This document shows positions 14,150-27,299 of a DNA stretch of 64,000 nt, piece after piece (position 1 is the first letter of the stretch; each line of letters starts with the position of its first letter). Source of the DNA: Octopus vulgaris (taxonomy: Eukaryota); contig OX597827.1 in assembly GCA_951406725.2 (NCBI GenBank), positions 1,798,001-1,862,000 on the forward strand, in the 5' to 3' direction. A program made the translations under genes and the position numbers. The notes under the pieces were generated by a model. The model did no database searches. It was given only the letters and a program-made list of their open reading frames with translations, and was not told where the DNA came from.

Positions 14150-15036
14150 TTAGGAGGGAAAGGGAGAGTCTTGAAGATGACCCAACATCTTGCAGATGGC
14201 ACCACCGAAGAAAACGTTCATTTTCACCATCTGGTGATTGATGACATACACTTGACTACAAATCAAATTGCCAAAGCTGTTAGCGTATCCCGTGAGTGAA
14301 TTGAAAATATTCTGCACAATGAACTTGGCATGATGAAGATACCTGCTCGGTAGGTCCCACGTCTTCTGAGACCTGATCAAAAGCGCAACATGCTGATCAC
14401 ATTACGAGAATATCTGACATAGTTTCAGGCAGATCTGGTTGGTTTCCTTGAACTTTTCCTAACACAGGATGAGTGATGAGTTCATCATTTTGAGACAAAG
14501 GGACAATCCATGCAGTGGAAACACTCCTCATCGCCTGCTCCAGAGAAGGCCATGGTCGCTTCATCTGCAGGAAAGGTGATGGCCTCAGTTTTCTGGGATG
14601 CGAAAGGCATTATGTTTATTTCCTTTCTTCAAAAAGGTCACACCATCAATGGAGAGTGTAGTGCCAATTTGCTGAGGTAGTTATGAAAGTCTATGAAAAC
14701 CAAACGCTCAGGAAAACTGACGAAAGGGGTTCTTGTTTCACCAGAACAATGTTCCAGCACACTGGTCCTTGGTTTAGTGGTTGCTCTGCGGGACTGTGGT
14801 TTTGAACTGGCTAATCAACCCCCACCCCTATTCTCATGATTTGGCTTCGTCTGTTCCCCAGCATGAATTAAAAAAATCATTTGTTTGGGATCCAGTATTG
14901 CAGTGGTGATGACTTTTGGACCTACCGGATGAAAGCTTCTTCACCAATGGGATCCAAGCACTGCAACACCAATTGGAAGAAGTGTGTGGACCTCATTTGG
15001 TCGCATTCCTCGAGAACTTTTCAGCCGACCATCGTA
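14150..15036 (+). mobile_element. Degenerate mariner (DD34D) transposon
   Basis: VPRLLRPDQK, LTQDE..VHHFE, SMQWKH..SPAPEKA, SAGKVMASVFWDAKGI, GHTING, HQNNVPAH, PYSHDLA, with stops and frameshifts. Confidence 0.85.
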
Positions 15037-15349
15037 ATAATAAAGATAAAATATTAATCTGATTATGTAATAGAATTATTTTATTATATAACTCTTATAT
15101 TCAATGAATTAGAATACGCAGAAAATGTAAGAAGAAATAAAGTGTGAGAAAATGAAAAGAAAAGCGAAAAGAATGGTTTTTAAGGGATAAAAATTTAGAA
15201 TCTTCGAGGTCCACAATTAAAAGTGAAAAGAATAATAACAATGGAAAATGGATTACATATAATAATTGTTTCAAGTGTAGATACAAGGTCACATATTTGA
15301 GGAAAATTGTTTGTAATTGAAGTCGACTGATATTTTATTATATCGACCT

Positions 15350-15890
15350 GGTTTCAGCCAAAGACTGAGGCCATGCTACAGCATCGGCTGTCAGTGTGTT
15401 TGGGTCTCCTTTCTGTACTGTTTTTGGTGAAAAAGAGAGTCGCACGGATCCACTCTACTTTATACCCCTGCACCGATGTGTGTTCATCTGGGATTGCAGA
15501 AAGGAATTTGTCCAGATGCTTTTTTGAAGATCTCCCCATCTCCACCTCGCAAATCCATGCCATTGTTTGGCAGAATGTTGAACAGTAGAGGTCCCTTGAA
15601 ACCCAAACTGTTGCAGTACTTATTCGAAGTGGAGAAGACGGGATCTTTTGTATTATGCAGTGCCGTCCAGTTCGGTAATTGCTATTGCTTTTAATTCCAA
15701 AGTTGGAAGCTAGACCTTCCAGGATCTTCCATGCCTATACCACTGCATATCTTTCTCACCTTCTGTCTAGGGTATAGAACTTTATCCTCTCTAAAATGTA
15801 GAGCCTCTTCCGGGTCAATCTTGTTGGTGTAGTGACGCTGGATTGCCTCAAGTTCTGCCACCAGTTTGATGTTCTGCGGTTATCATAGGT
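15350..15890 (-). mobile_element. 3' fragment of a CR1/L2-group LINE
   Basis: LEAIQRHYTNKI, ERYAVV..WKILEGL, GPLLFNILP, FKKHLDKFLSAIPDE; the 3'UTR ends GCATGGCCTCAGTCTTTGGCTGAAAC. Confidence 0.7.
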
Positions 15891-16431
15891 CTACCAAACT
15901 TACACAGAGGATTTTGGCTGGCCCGCAGCTACAGAAAAGTAATGTTGTCCAATGTACCACGCAGTGAGACTAAACCCGGAACCGACTGGACAGCAAACTT
16001 CTTACCACATATTGACGCTTCTACACCGCTCTATAGCCACCCAACTTTCTGCCCTAGACTTTGAAATCCCGTCAAGCTCAACTTTCGTATTCATCCGTTC
16101 AGTTTGGAGGTCGATAAGTAAAGTACCAAACTCTGTCAGTGTATTAGTGGAACAGCTTGTGTGTGCATCGTACAAGGGAATCTGTGGTGATTGGTGAAGC
16201 CCAGGGATCTTTCATCGGTACGAGAAAGAATTGCGTGCATATTTAACTGACTTTTTCAAATAATTTTGGCCAGACCTGCGCAGATATAGGGATGCATGGT
16301 TAGCAGTCACCAACGGAGGACCCTCTGCTCGTGTGTGTATGTGTGTTTGTTTTTTTGTGTGTGTTTGTGAGTTTGTGCTTGTGCGTGTGTGTCCGTTCAT
16401 GAATAAATGTCATTGTATTTACACACGCACG

Positions 16432-16462
<31 letters not shown>

Positions 16463-16490
16463 GTACACAATATGATGTAAATTATATATA

Positions 16491-16620
<130 letters not shown>

Positions 16621-16722
16621 AATAAATATTTTCAAAGTGGAAAAATTTACAGATTTTTTCTCTTACGAGGTTTTTCACGCTAACTACTGATAATTTCATA
16701 TAAAGATTTTATCCTTAATTTT

Positions 16723-16774
<52 letters not shown>

Positions 16775-17163
16775 GATATATAATGTTAAAATATTATATA
16801 TGTGTGCACGCGCGCACACATATTCTGTTTTAGAAAATTAATTCTTCTATCGGTTGTTAACCCAGATGTAACTACATGTGTTTGTATGTCTATGTGTGTG
16901 TGTGCGTGCGTGCGCATGTATGTATACATAAAATTATATATGCCCCTTATTCTTTTACTGGTTTCCGTGCAGCTATGAAAGGTTAATGCGTTGAAGGGTT
17001 TCAATTGAATAAATCCATTCCATTACTAACGTTGTTTCTTTAAGTCTAATAATACTTATTCTTTCTACGTTCTTGTCGAGAGGTAAACAAACCAACACTG
17101 GTTGTCAAGCGGTGGGAGCAGGGTGACGACACACTCACACATATATGCCCATCTTTCTCTCCC

Positions 17164-17231
<68 letters not shown>

Positions 17232-17491
17232 TATATGTATATATGTATATATGTATATAGGTAGATAAATTGATAGGAACAGGTGAAATGCTTAGCGGTA
17301 TTTCGTCTGCCGCTACGTTCTGAGTTCAAATTCCACCGAGGTCGATTTTGCCTTTCATCCTTTCGGTGTCGATTAATTAAGTACCAGTTACGCACTGGTG
17401 TCGATGTAATCAACTTAATCCATGTGTCTGTCCTTGTTTGTCTCCTCTGTGTTTAGCCCCTTGTGGGTAGTAAAGAAATAGGTAGGTTGGT

Positions 17492-17551
<60 letters not shown>

Positions 17552-17722
17552 TATTCCACAGTTTCCGTCTACAAATGTTCTCATAGAGTATCGGTCGGCT
17601 CTGAGTCTACAGTATACGTCACTTGCCCAAGGTGCTGCGCAGTTGAACTGGACCCGAAGCCATGTGGTTACGAAGCGAACTTCTTACCCACAAAATCAAA
17701 CCTGTGCCAGTTATACATTATA

Positions 17723-17808
<86 letters not shown>

Positions 17809-17815
17809 TATATAT

Positions 17816-18380
17816 ATATTGGCAATATTGAAAATACGGACTACTCCTATTTCTTTACTACCCACAAGGGGCTAAACACAGAGGAGACAAACAAGGACAG
17901 TCAGACGGATTAAGTCGATTATATCGATCCCAGTGCGTAAGTGGTACTTAATTTATCGACCCCGAAAGGATGAAAGGCAAAGTCGACCTATGCGGAATTT
18001 GAACTCAGAACGTAACGGCAGATGAAAACCGTTAAGTATTTCGCCCGGCGTGCCAACGTTTCTGCCAGCTCGCCGCCTTAGAAAATACGGACTACTCCGA
18101 AGAAGCAATAGCGTTGCTTTTAATTCTATAATTATATACTGTCTTTTAAGGCCAAGACATGTTTCAATTGCACCGATTAGTAATCGTTGCTATAGCCGCC
18201 TAAGTATAAAACGGTGCAGTATCTTCAGGGATTTTTTTAAAAATAGGGTTGCATTTTCAACGATGATTAGTTAGTGCACTTGAAACATGTGTCGGTCTTA
18301 AATGGTGGTAGGTAATTATAGATTTACAGGTAATACTATTGCTACATCGGAGTAATCTATATTTTTATTATTGTCAATAT
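17816..18380. mobile_element. Older diverged fold-back element with a hammerhead-like motif (minus strand 18152-18230), interrupted by the SINE
   Basis: Arms ATATTGGCAATA...TAAGGCCAAGACATGTTTCAATTGCAC / GTGCACTTGAAACATGTGTCGGTCTTA...TATTGTCAATAT; minus strand CTGAAGA..TGCACCG..CGGTGCA..GAAACATGTC. Confidence 0.6.
17848..18080 (-). mobile_element. tRNA-headed SINE family A with an 18-bp target-site duplication
   Basis: AAGGCGGCGAGCTGGCAGAA head, GAGTTCAAATTCC B-box, core GTCGACTTTGCCTTTCATCCTTTCGGGGTCGAT; TSD GAAAATACGGACTACTCC at 17830-17847 and 18081-18098. Confidence 0.9.
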
Positions 18381-18547
18381 TTATGCTCCAGCAAATCTAA
18401 ATGGTTAAGGAAATATATTCAGAATGATCCAACAGAATATTCCTCAACTTACTTACGGAATATGAACTTTATTGGATTTCGGTTGAGTGCTGAATAACGT
18501 ATTTTGAATACCCAAACTGAGAGCAGACTGGTAATCGCTTTGGGAAG

Positions 18548-18583
<36 letters not shown>

Positions 18584-18788
18584 TGTATGTATGTATGTAT
18601 GTATGTATGTATGTATGTATGTATGTATGTATGTATGTATGTGTGTATGTATGTATGTATGTATGTATGTATGTATGTGTGTGTGTATGTATGTATGTAT
18701 GTATATATATATATATGTATATGTATTTATATATATGTGGTGCCCCAGTATGGCCACAGCTTGTTAGCTGAAACTAAATAAATAAAAA

Positions 18789-18833
<45 letters not shown>

Positions 18834-19021
18834 TTCAGGATTAAATAAAATGAAGATGTATATATAGGGAGAGTTTACGAAAAAGAACAAAAGACGATGA
18901 CAGGTGGTGTACAAAACAAACAGATGTATTAGTATAACGCTCTGGAATAGAAAAAGTCTTTTACGTTTCGAGCCTACGCTCTTCTACAGAAAGGGACACA
19001 GAAAAAAACAAGGAGAGAAAC

Positions 19022-19123
<102 letters not shown>

Positions 19124-19299
19124 GTACATAGATATGCATATACGTATATACATATATATATATATATATATACATACATACATATATGCACATATATATA
19201 TATACATACACATACATACATATATACATATACATACATACATATATACATATACATACATATATATATATATACATACATATATACATATACATATAT

Positions 19300-19415
<116 letters not shown>

Positions 19416-19897
19416 CAGGGGACAACTCATGAAGGGAATGTTCTTCATGTTGCCTGTTTCGTTTTCGTTGTTCGAAAAAAGTTCTTTTTCTATGTTTTTG
19501 TTTTTTATGTTCTCGTTTATCATTTTGTACACGTTTTTTTTAATGTCCTGTACCCATATATGCATGTATATATACATATATATGTAGGTATGTAGATATA
19601 TATGTATATATGTAGTATATATTTATACATTATTTATATTATATATATTGTTAGTTAATTTCTGTCTACCTGTGTATTTCTATAAAGCTAAAGTCTACGA
19701 TGATGAACCGAATTCCTTTCGGTTCTTTGTGCAAGTATATGCATGCACACATGTTCGTGTACTTTGTGTGTGTGTCTGTGTGTACGTGCTACACATGCAT
19801 ATAGTTGTGTATACTAAGAAGCATCTTTGTATTTTGAGCTTTAGTCTATATCAGTATACACACACACGCATATATATATATATATGTTAGTCATGTA

Positions 19898-19999
19898 GGC
19901 GCAGGAGTGGCTGTGTGGAAAGTAGCTTGCTTACCAACCACATGGTTCCGAGTTCAGCCTTGTGAATAGATTTGGAAGACGGAAACTAAAAGAAGCCTG

Positions 20000-20084
<85 letters not shown>

Positions 20085-20102
20085 CATATATATACACATA
20101 CA

Positions 20103-20133
<31 letters not shown>

Positions 20134-20411
20134 GCATATATATACATATATATATATATTTATATATTTATGTATATATACATATATATATGTGTATATA
20201 TGTTTGTGTGTCTGTGCGTCTGTGTTTGTCCCCCCCACCATCGCTTGACAACCGATGTTGATATGTTTACGTCTCCGTAACTTAGCGGTTCGGTAAAAAA
20301 GATCTATAGAATAAGTACAAGGCTTACAAAGAACAAGTCCTGGGGTGGACTTGCTCTCTACTAAAAGGCGATGCTCCAGCATGGCCGCAGTCAAATGACT
20401 GAAACAAATAA

Positions 20412-20413
<2 letters not shown>
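19898..20413 (+). mobile_element. tRNA-headed SINE family B with an internal (TA/TG)n tract
   Basis: GGCGCAGGAGTGGCTGTGTGG head, GGAAACT.AAAGAAGCC, tail CCAGCATGGCCGCAGTCAAATGACTGAAAC. Confidence 0.85.
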
Positions 20414-20458
<45 letters not shown>

Positions 20459-20588
20459 CGTGTATGTGTATGTGTATGCGTTTGTGTGTGTGTGTGTATG
20501 TGAGTGTCTGCGATTCTACCTTCATCAATGCGTGTATATGCAAGAGGTTGCATGCATAAAGTTATGCCATTAAATAAACATCACTTAC

Positions 20589-21000
20589 CTTGCACTGTTA
20601 ATCCTTCTTCCTCTCTTTCTCATTCCACATCAAAACGCACACATGTCTACAAACTCACACACACACACAGGCACACACGCACACTCACACTTTTCGCGCT
20701 GTTTTTTTTTTCTTCTGTACAATACTTGTTAGATCCAACTGAAATATTTGTTGTGAGGCTTTAATAACGCTGTTGTCATGCCTCTATACACAACATGTGC
20801 CCAGTTGCTGCTGCTGCTGCTGCTGCTGCTGTGGCTGCTGTTGCTGCTGTTGGTATTGCTGCTGTTGCTGTTGCCGTTCTGCTGTTGCTGCTGTTGTCGC
20901 TGTTGCCGCTGTTGGCGGTGGCGCTGCTGTCAATTCTGTTAACTGTAACCACACCAACACACACCTGCTTGCCGTTGTTTACTTCTCTGTACACACATCA
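20589..21000 (-). other. Candidate non-coding first exon of the protocadherin gene
   Basis: Non-repeat-family CAG/CAA-rich segment ending in a perfect donor AAG|GTAAGT at 20589/20588, same strand as the Pcdh acceptor; 5' boundary unknown. Confidence 0.35.
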
Positions 21001-21034
21001 TATCACACACACACACATACACACACATGCGCGC

Positions 21035-21073
<39 letters not shown>

Positions 21074-21084
21074 GTATATATATA

Positions 21085-21167
<83 letters not shown>

Positions 21168-21174
21168 ATATATA

Positions 21175-21221
<47 letters not shown>

Positions 21222-21511
21222 ATGTATATATATATATATAAAAGAAGAAAAAGAAATTCGATGAGTGTATATATACTATATATATCATAATAATGATTTT
21301 TTTCTACTAAAAGCGCAAGGCCTGAAATCTTGAGGAGGGGAGTAGCCAATTATATGAACCTCAGTATTCAACTGGTACTTATTTTATCAACTCCGGCGGA
21401 ATTTGAACTCAGAACGTAAAGACAGACGAAATGCCGCCAAGCATTTTGCCCAACGTGCTAACGGGTCTGCCAGCTCTACGCCATAATAATAACTACTACT
21501 ACTACTACTAC

Positions 21512-21671
<160 letters not shown>

Positions 21672-21681
21672 AATAACAATG

Positions 21682-21728
<47 letters not shown>

Positions 21729-21768
21729 GATAATAATAATGATAATAATAATAATAATAATAATAATG

Positions 21769-21818
<50 letters not shown>

Positions 21819-21819
21819 G

Positions 21820-21893
<74 letters not shown>

Positions 21894-22068
21894 GATAATA
21901 ATAATAATTATAATCTTTCCTACAATATGCACAAGGCCTAAAATTTTTCAAGAGGGGACTAAGTCGATTACATCGACCCCAGTGTTCAACTGGTACGTAA
22001 TTTACTTATCTGAAAGGAAGAAATGCAAAGTCGACTTCGGCGGAATTTGATCTCAGAACGTAAATAAT

Positions 22069-22131
<63 letters not shown>

Positions 22132-22436
22132 ACGAAGTGACAATCTGTTGGAGTTTTCAGAAAAACTAACATGCACATTAACAATATAGTCAGTAAGCGT
22201 AAGAGTTAAGATATACAAGACTTTTCTCAAGTTCAAAATCTGTTTTTGTTTTTATCTACATCGTAACGATGGAGCTTTGCTTCCCATTGAGAAACCAGCT
22301 CCTTCTTTACAAAAAATATTTCAAATAATTAAAATTAGAAGAGAAAATACATACATACGTACATTCATACATACACTCATGCAGTCTGGTGGTGGTGGTG
22401 GTGGTGCTGCTGCTGCTGCTGCTGCTGTTGCTGTTG

Positions 22437-22802
22437 AGCGAAAGGTCTTCGTCCCAGAGCTCGCAAGAGGGAGAAGTCCGAAACGTGGTCCTATGCTATT
22501 CGTAAGACCCGCAGAAGAGAAAGCAGGTCAACCCCCGACACCGAGAGCATCGACGGATGCATGAATGTGCATCCAGGCTCAGCGATTGCGTAGGAAGTCG
22601 GGGAAAAGAATCAGGAAGAAAGAGGGAGAGAAAGTTGGGGCGAAAGAGTACAACAGAGGTCGCCACCACCCCCTGCCTGAGCCTCGTGGAGCTTTAGGTG
22701 TTTTCGCTCAATAAACACACACAACGTCCGGTCTGGGAATCGAAGCCGCGATCCTCCGACCGCGAGTCCGCTGCCCTAACCACTGGCCCATTGCGCCCTC
22801 AC
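22437..22802 (-). mobile_element. tRNA-headed SINE family C inserted in (GCT)n
   Basis: Minus strand GGCGCAATGGGCCAGTGGTTAGGGCAGCGG..GGCTTCGATTCCCAG with A- and B-box-like motifs; GCT repeats on both sides. Confidence 0.7.
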
Positions 22803-23176
22803 TTGCTGCTGCTGGTGGTAGTACGTCGGTTATGACGGCAAGGTTTCCATTTGACCTGATCCACGGAACAGCCTGCTCATGAACATAACGTGCAAGTGGT
22901 TGACTACTCCAGAAACACGTGTACCCTTAATGTAGTTCTTAGGGAGAATCGGCGTGGCAGAGTGTGACAAGGCCGGTCCTTTGAAATACAGGTACTGTAT
23001 TGAAATCGATGGATCAAAAGAATATTGGTGGAAAGCTTAAAAACTTAAACAGCAATCTAGTTAGAACACAACCGGCCAAATATTGTTGTGTGGGACCACA
23101 AGTAAAAGATACATTTCGTTGTGGAAATCAGCTGCCCTCTGGACACCAACGTGATAAGAAAAATACAAGTGAAAGA

Positions 23177-23407
23177 AGGCGGCGAACTGGCAGAAACGCT
23201 AGCAGGCTGGGCGAAATGCTGAGCGGTATTTCGTTTGCTGCTACGTTCTGAGTTCAAATTCCGCCGAGGCCGACTTTGCTTTTCATCATTTCGGGGTCTA
23301 TTAAATAAGTACCAGTTACGCACAGGGGTCGATGTAATCGACTCAATCCGTTTGTCTGGCCTTGTTTGTCCCCTCTGTGTTTAACCCTTTGTGGGTAGTA
23401 AAGAAAT
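23177..23407 (+). mobile_element. SINE family A with a 20-bp TSD
   Basis: AGAAAAAT(A/G)CAAGTGAAAGA at 23157-23176 and 23408-23427. Confidence 0.9.
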
Positions 23408-23739
23408 AGAAAAATGCAAGTGAAAGAGGGCATCTGTGGATCAGTGACAAGGAGTTTACGAATCCAGTATCCAGGATGCACTTTCAGATTCATACCTAAT
23501 TATTAGGGCAACAGGATACATTCCAACCTGCATAGAGCAAAGTTGGTTGAACTTGGGATCTTGGGGAAAGAATGCAAATACTTAATATATATGCTAAGAA
23601 TGTTCATGATATCTGGAACAATAAAGATCTGTAAGAGTTTCTTGTGATTTAAAGGATGATGTACAAAACTATATTTTTTTCGTCACAACCTGGCTAGCAA
23701 ATAGGTGGCCGGTCTAAAATAAAAAGAGCCAGAGAGGAG

Positions 23740-23770
<31 letters not shown>

Positions 23771-23818
23771 CACACTCAAACACACACACGCATACGTGGG
23801 CACGTGCACAGACAGACA

Positions 23819-23863
<45 letters not shown>

Positions 23864-24339
23864 GTGTGTGTGTGTGCGTGCGCGCACGTGATGGTTATGA
23901 ATGCAAGTGAGTTTTGTGCCGAAAATTGCAGCGTCAGAGTCCTCTCACGAGTGAAGCATTTTAAGGGCACCACTTCTAACAATTCCACCTTGCTAAGCCG
24001 CAATTGAAACCACCAGGTGTACAGTTTACTTTTTCATATATAATTGTATTTCTTTTTATAAATCAGTGGCTGTGTATCATTTTGAAATTTATACATTTCG
24101 AACCGTGAATTCAGCAGCGCCACTTGGCCAAGCAGCTACGCTGTGTTGATGGAGAGCAATAACCCCGAAACTAGTTCACGGATGTTGTTTTGTGCTAGGT
24201 GGGGATGCTGGATTCCCTGTTCGAAAATATAGGGACACAGTGTGTCGTATAGCCAGCTAGAAACGATGTTTCTTGGGGCTAATGAACAGTAACAACGTCC
24301 CTTCCAGGACAGCCACATTATGTTGGCAATTAGCTTTTA

Positions 24340-24421
<82 letters not shown>

Positions 24422-24671
24422 TTAGCTGAGTTAGAGGTTAAAATAACCGTCTAAGGGATAGAGTATCCAATACACTACCAGTATATTACCTATGTTTACC
24501 CATAGGCATACATATGCAAGCATACTATCTTCATAAATTATAGGTAAAGACAAGGATAAACATGAGTTTAACAAGAATCGATATTTAAAGAAAACAGAAA
24601 ATGGAGAAATATTGATGAACAACAATTGACTTACATCAATTACAATCTATTAATTCAATACAAATAGACTG

Positions 24672-24792
24672 CATTCCATCTAACAGCTGTTTCTGTTTCC
24701 AATGTAGAATGATATTGCTATTGATATGCTAAAAATATTTATCATATTTGATAATAAAATCGATCTGAAACACGGAGCTTCATCAGAATGAA
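24672..24792 (-). ncRNA. Hammerhead-like motif with long stem II
   Basis: TTCATT-CTGATGA-AGCTCC..~85 nt..GAAAC-AGCT-GTT-AGATGGAA; palindromic stem III ACAGCTGT. Confidence 0.5.
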
Positions 24793-24929
24793 GAATAAAT
24801 AAAGAAGAAGCGAATAGAGTAAAAAAAGGGAGAAGTTGAATATGGTTGTAACCATACAATTTTAAATGTGTATCTCTTTGGGACATAAAGTAAATGACTA
24901 AACCAAAAATAGCAATTGTCATGCTTCAA

Positions 24930-25490
24930 ATAACTTGTATGGACGCTGCCATGAACAAAACACAAGTTTGCAAGTGATTTTCATGCTTTAGAAATGGTCA
25001 CTAGTCGCTTGAAGACCAATCTCATTGAGGGAGGCAATCGAACGAATGAAAACATCGAGGAAATTCGTGAACTGATCTTGGAGGAACGTTGCCAAACAAT
25101 TGACGAACTTGTTGATATGACTGGTGTGTCCTGGAGCTGCTGCTAACGAATTTTGAGTGAGAAATTACACATGAAAAGAGTTGCAACACAATTTGTGTCT
25201 CGCTGCTCATGGAAGATCAAAAGCAATCAAAACTGAATGCATGTTGAGAACTGAAAGAACAACTAGCAGTTGATCCGGAATTTTGTTTAGGAGTCATCAC
25301 TGGCGAAGGAAGCTAATGCAGATGTGGAAGAGGTGAAGAAAGAAATGATGGAGGCATTAAAAGGCATCATTTCCAGGACTGCATCGGATCGATGCACTGC
25401 TTCGGATCGATGCACTGCTTCGGATGCAGAATATTTTGAAGGCGATAAAAGCGTGAACATGTAAAACTAAGTGAAAATTAATAATATTAT
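24930..25490 (+). mobile_element. Internally deleted mariner relic
   Basis: FRNGH*SLED..GR, NIEEIRELILE, TIDELVDMTGVSW, ILSEKLHMKRVA, GVITGE. Confidence 0.7.
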
Positions 25491-25553
25491 ATATGTATAT
25501 ATGTATGTGTATATGCATACATACATAAATATATATATGCATGTATGTATATA

Positions 25554-25598
<45 letters not shown>

Positions 25599-25625
25599 CT
25601 ATATATATATAAATATATATATATA

Positions 25626-26027
25626 GGCGCAGGAGTGGCTGTGTGGTTAGTAGCTTGTTTACCAACCACATGGTTCCGGGTTCAGTCCTACTGTGTGACA
25701 CCTTGGGCAAGTGTCTTCTACTATGGCCTTGGGCCGACCAAAGCCTTGTGAGTGGATTTGGTAGACGGAAACTGAAAGAAGCTCATCGTATATATGTATA
25801 TATACATGCGTCTGTGTGTTTGTGTGTCTGTGTTTGTCCCCCCTAGCATTGCTTGACAACCGATGCTGGTGTGTTTATGTCCCCGTTACTTAGCGGTTCG
25901 GAAAAAGAAACCGATAGAATAAGTACTGGGCTTACAAAAGAATAAGTCCCGGGGTCGAGTTGCTCGATTAAAGGCGGTGCACCAGCATGGCCGCAGTCAA
26001 ATGACTGAAACAAGTAAAAGAGTAAAA
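25626..26027 (+). mobile_element. Full-length SINE family B (other copies ~30588-30912+, 32640-33043-, 47770-48140+, 50860-51253-, 58537-58860+)
   Basis: tRNA-like head with A box TGGCTGTGTGG and B box GGTTCAGTCC, conserved body and GACTGAAACAAGTAAAAG tail. Confidence 0.9.
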
Positions 26028-26152
26028 TAGTATATATATGTATATTGTTTTCCAAACACGTTTCTTATGTCAGTTTATGTCAGTCCCACTGCTTGGGACC
26101 TTGGACAAGTGTCTTCTACTATAACTTCAGGCTATAGTGTGTGTATATATGT

Positions 26153-26193
<41 letters not shown>

Positions 26194-26452
26194 TGTGTAT
26201 GTGTGTGTGTGTGTGTGTGTGTAAATCGTTGCGTCTGTGTTTATCTTCCACTGGTGCTTGACAACCAGTGCTGGTGTGTTTAAGTCTCCGTAACTTATCT
26301 GTTCAGCAAAAAAAAAAATGAAAAAAAACGGATAGAATTAGTACCAGGTTTTAAAAAAATACGTTCTGGAGTCAATACGACTAAAATTTCAAGGCGGTGC
26401 CTCAGCATTGCCTTAGTCAAAAAGGTAAAAGATAAAACATATATGTATGCAT

Positions 26453-26518
<66 letters not shown>

Positions 26519-27299
26519 GGAATTTACAGAAAAGCAAAAGATGAAGACAGATGTTTAAACAACAAACAGGTGTATGTTTAACGCTCGGGAAGGTGAGAAA
26601 GACTTTTGCGTTTCGAGCCTACGCTCTTCAACAGAAAGTACAGAGAGAAAATAAACAGAGAGAGCACAAAAAAGAACTTATGGGGTTAGTGGTCAATCAT
26701 GGCGGCTGGCTGGACAGAGGTGGTTATACCGGGGAGCTAGGAAGAAGGGGAAATAATAAAGTATTGTTGGTCCCAAAACGAATGCGCATGCGTGTGTATA
26801 TGAGTGTGTAAGTGTGCGTCTGTAATGTGTGGGTGCTGGGAAGTGGTCAGTAGTAGTGTGTGCGAGGTTGTGTGATGTAGTGTGATGTGGTGTGGTGTTG
26901 CATGATGTGGTGTGTAGTGTGGTGTAGCTGCTAGGAAGTGGTCAGTGGTAGTGTGCGTGTGATGGTGTGATGTGGTGTGGTGTGATGGTGTGATGGTGTT
27001 GGGGTGTGAGTTTTGGGTGAGGATGTGGGGGTAGGAGTGGGGTGTATGAAAGTGGGATGTGTGTGAGTGAGTGGAGTAGTGGGGTTGGGATGGATGTGTG
27101 TGAGTGAGTGGGGTGGTGGGGTTGGGATGTGTGTGAGTGGGGTGGGGGTGAGTGAATGGGGTGGTGTGTGGATGGAGGGATGGAGGGTTTGTAGAAGGGT
27201 AACGACGAAGGGAGAAGGTGGGTAGAAGTGAAGAGAGGAAGTAGGTTTGAGATGAAGAGAGGAGAGAGGAGAGGAGTCAGGTGAAGAGGGGAGGGAGTT

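Noticed and set aside
18449-18545. Possible small minus-strand exon ending CC|GTAAGT
   Set aside because: A donor-like hexamer alone is expected by chance in AT-rich DNA and the acceptor is weak
22455-22490. GGGA-GAAG-TCC-GAAACGT half-hammerhead
   Set aside because: No CUGANGA box and the cleavage position would be G
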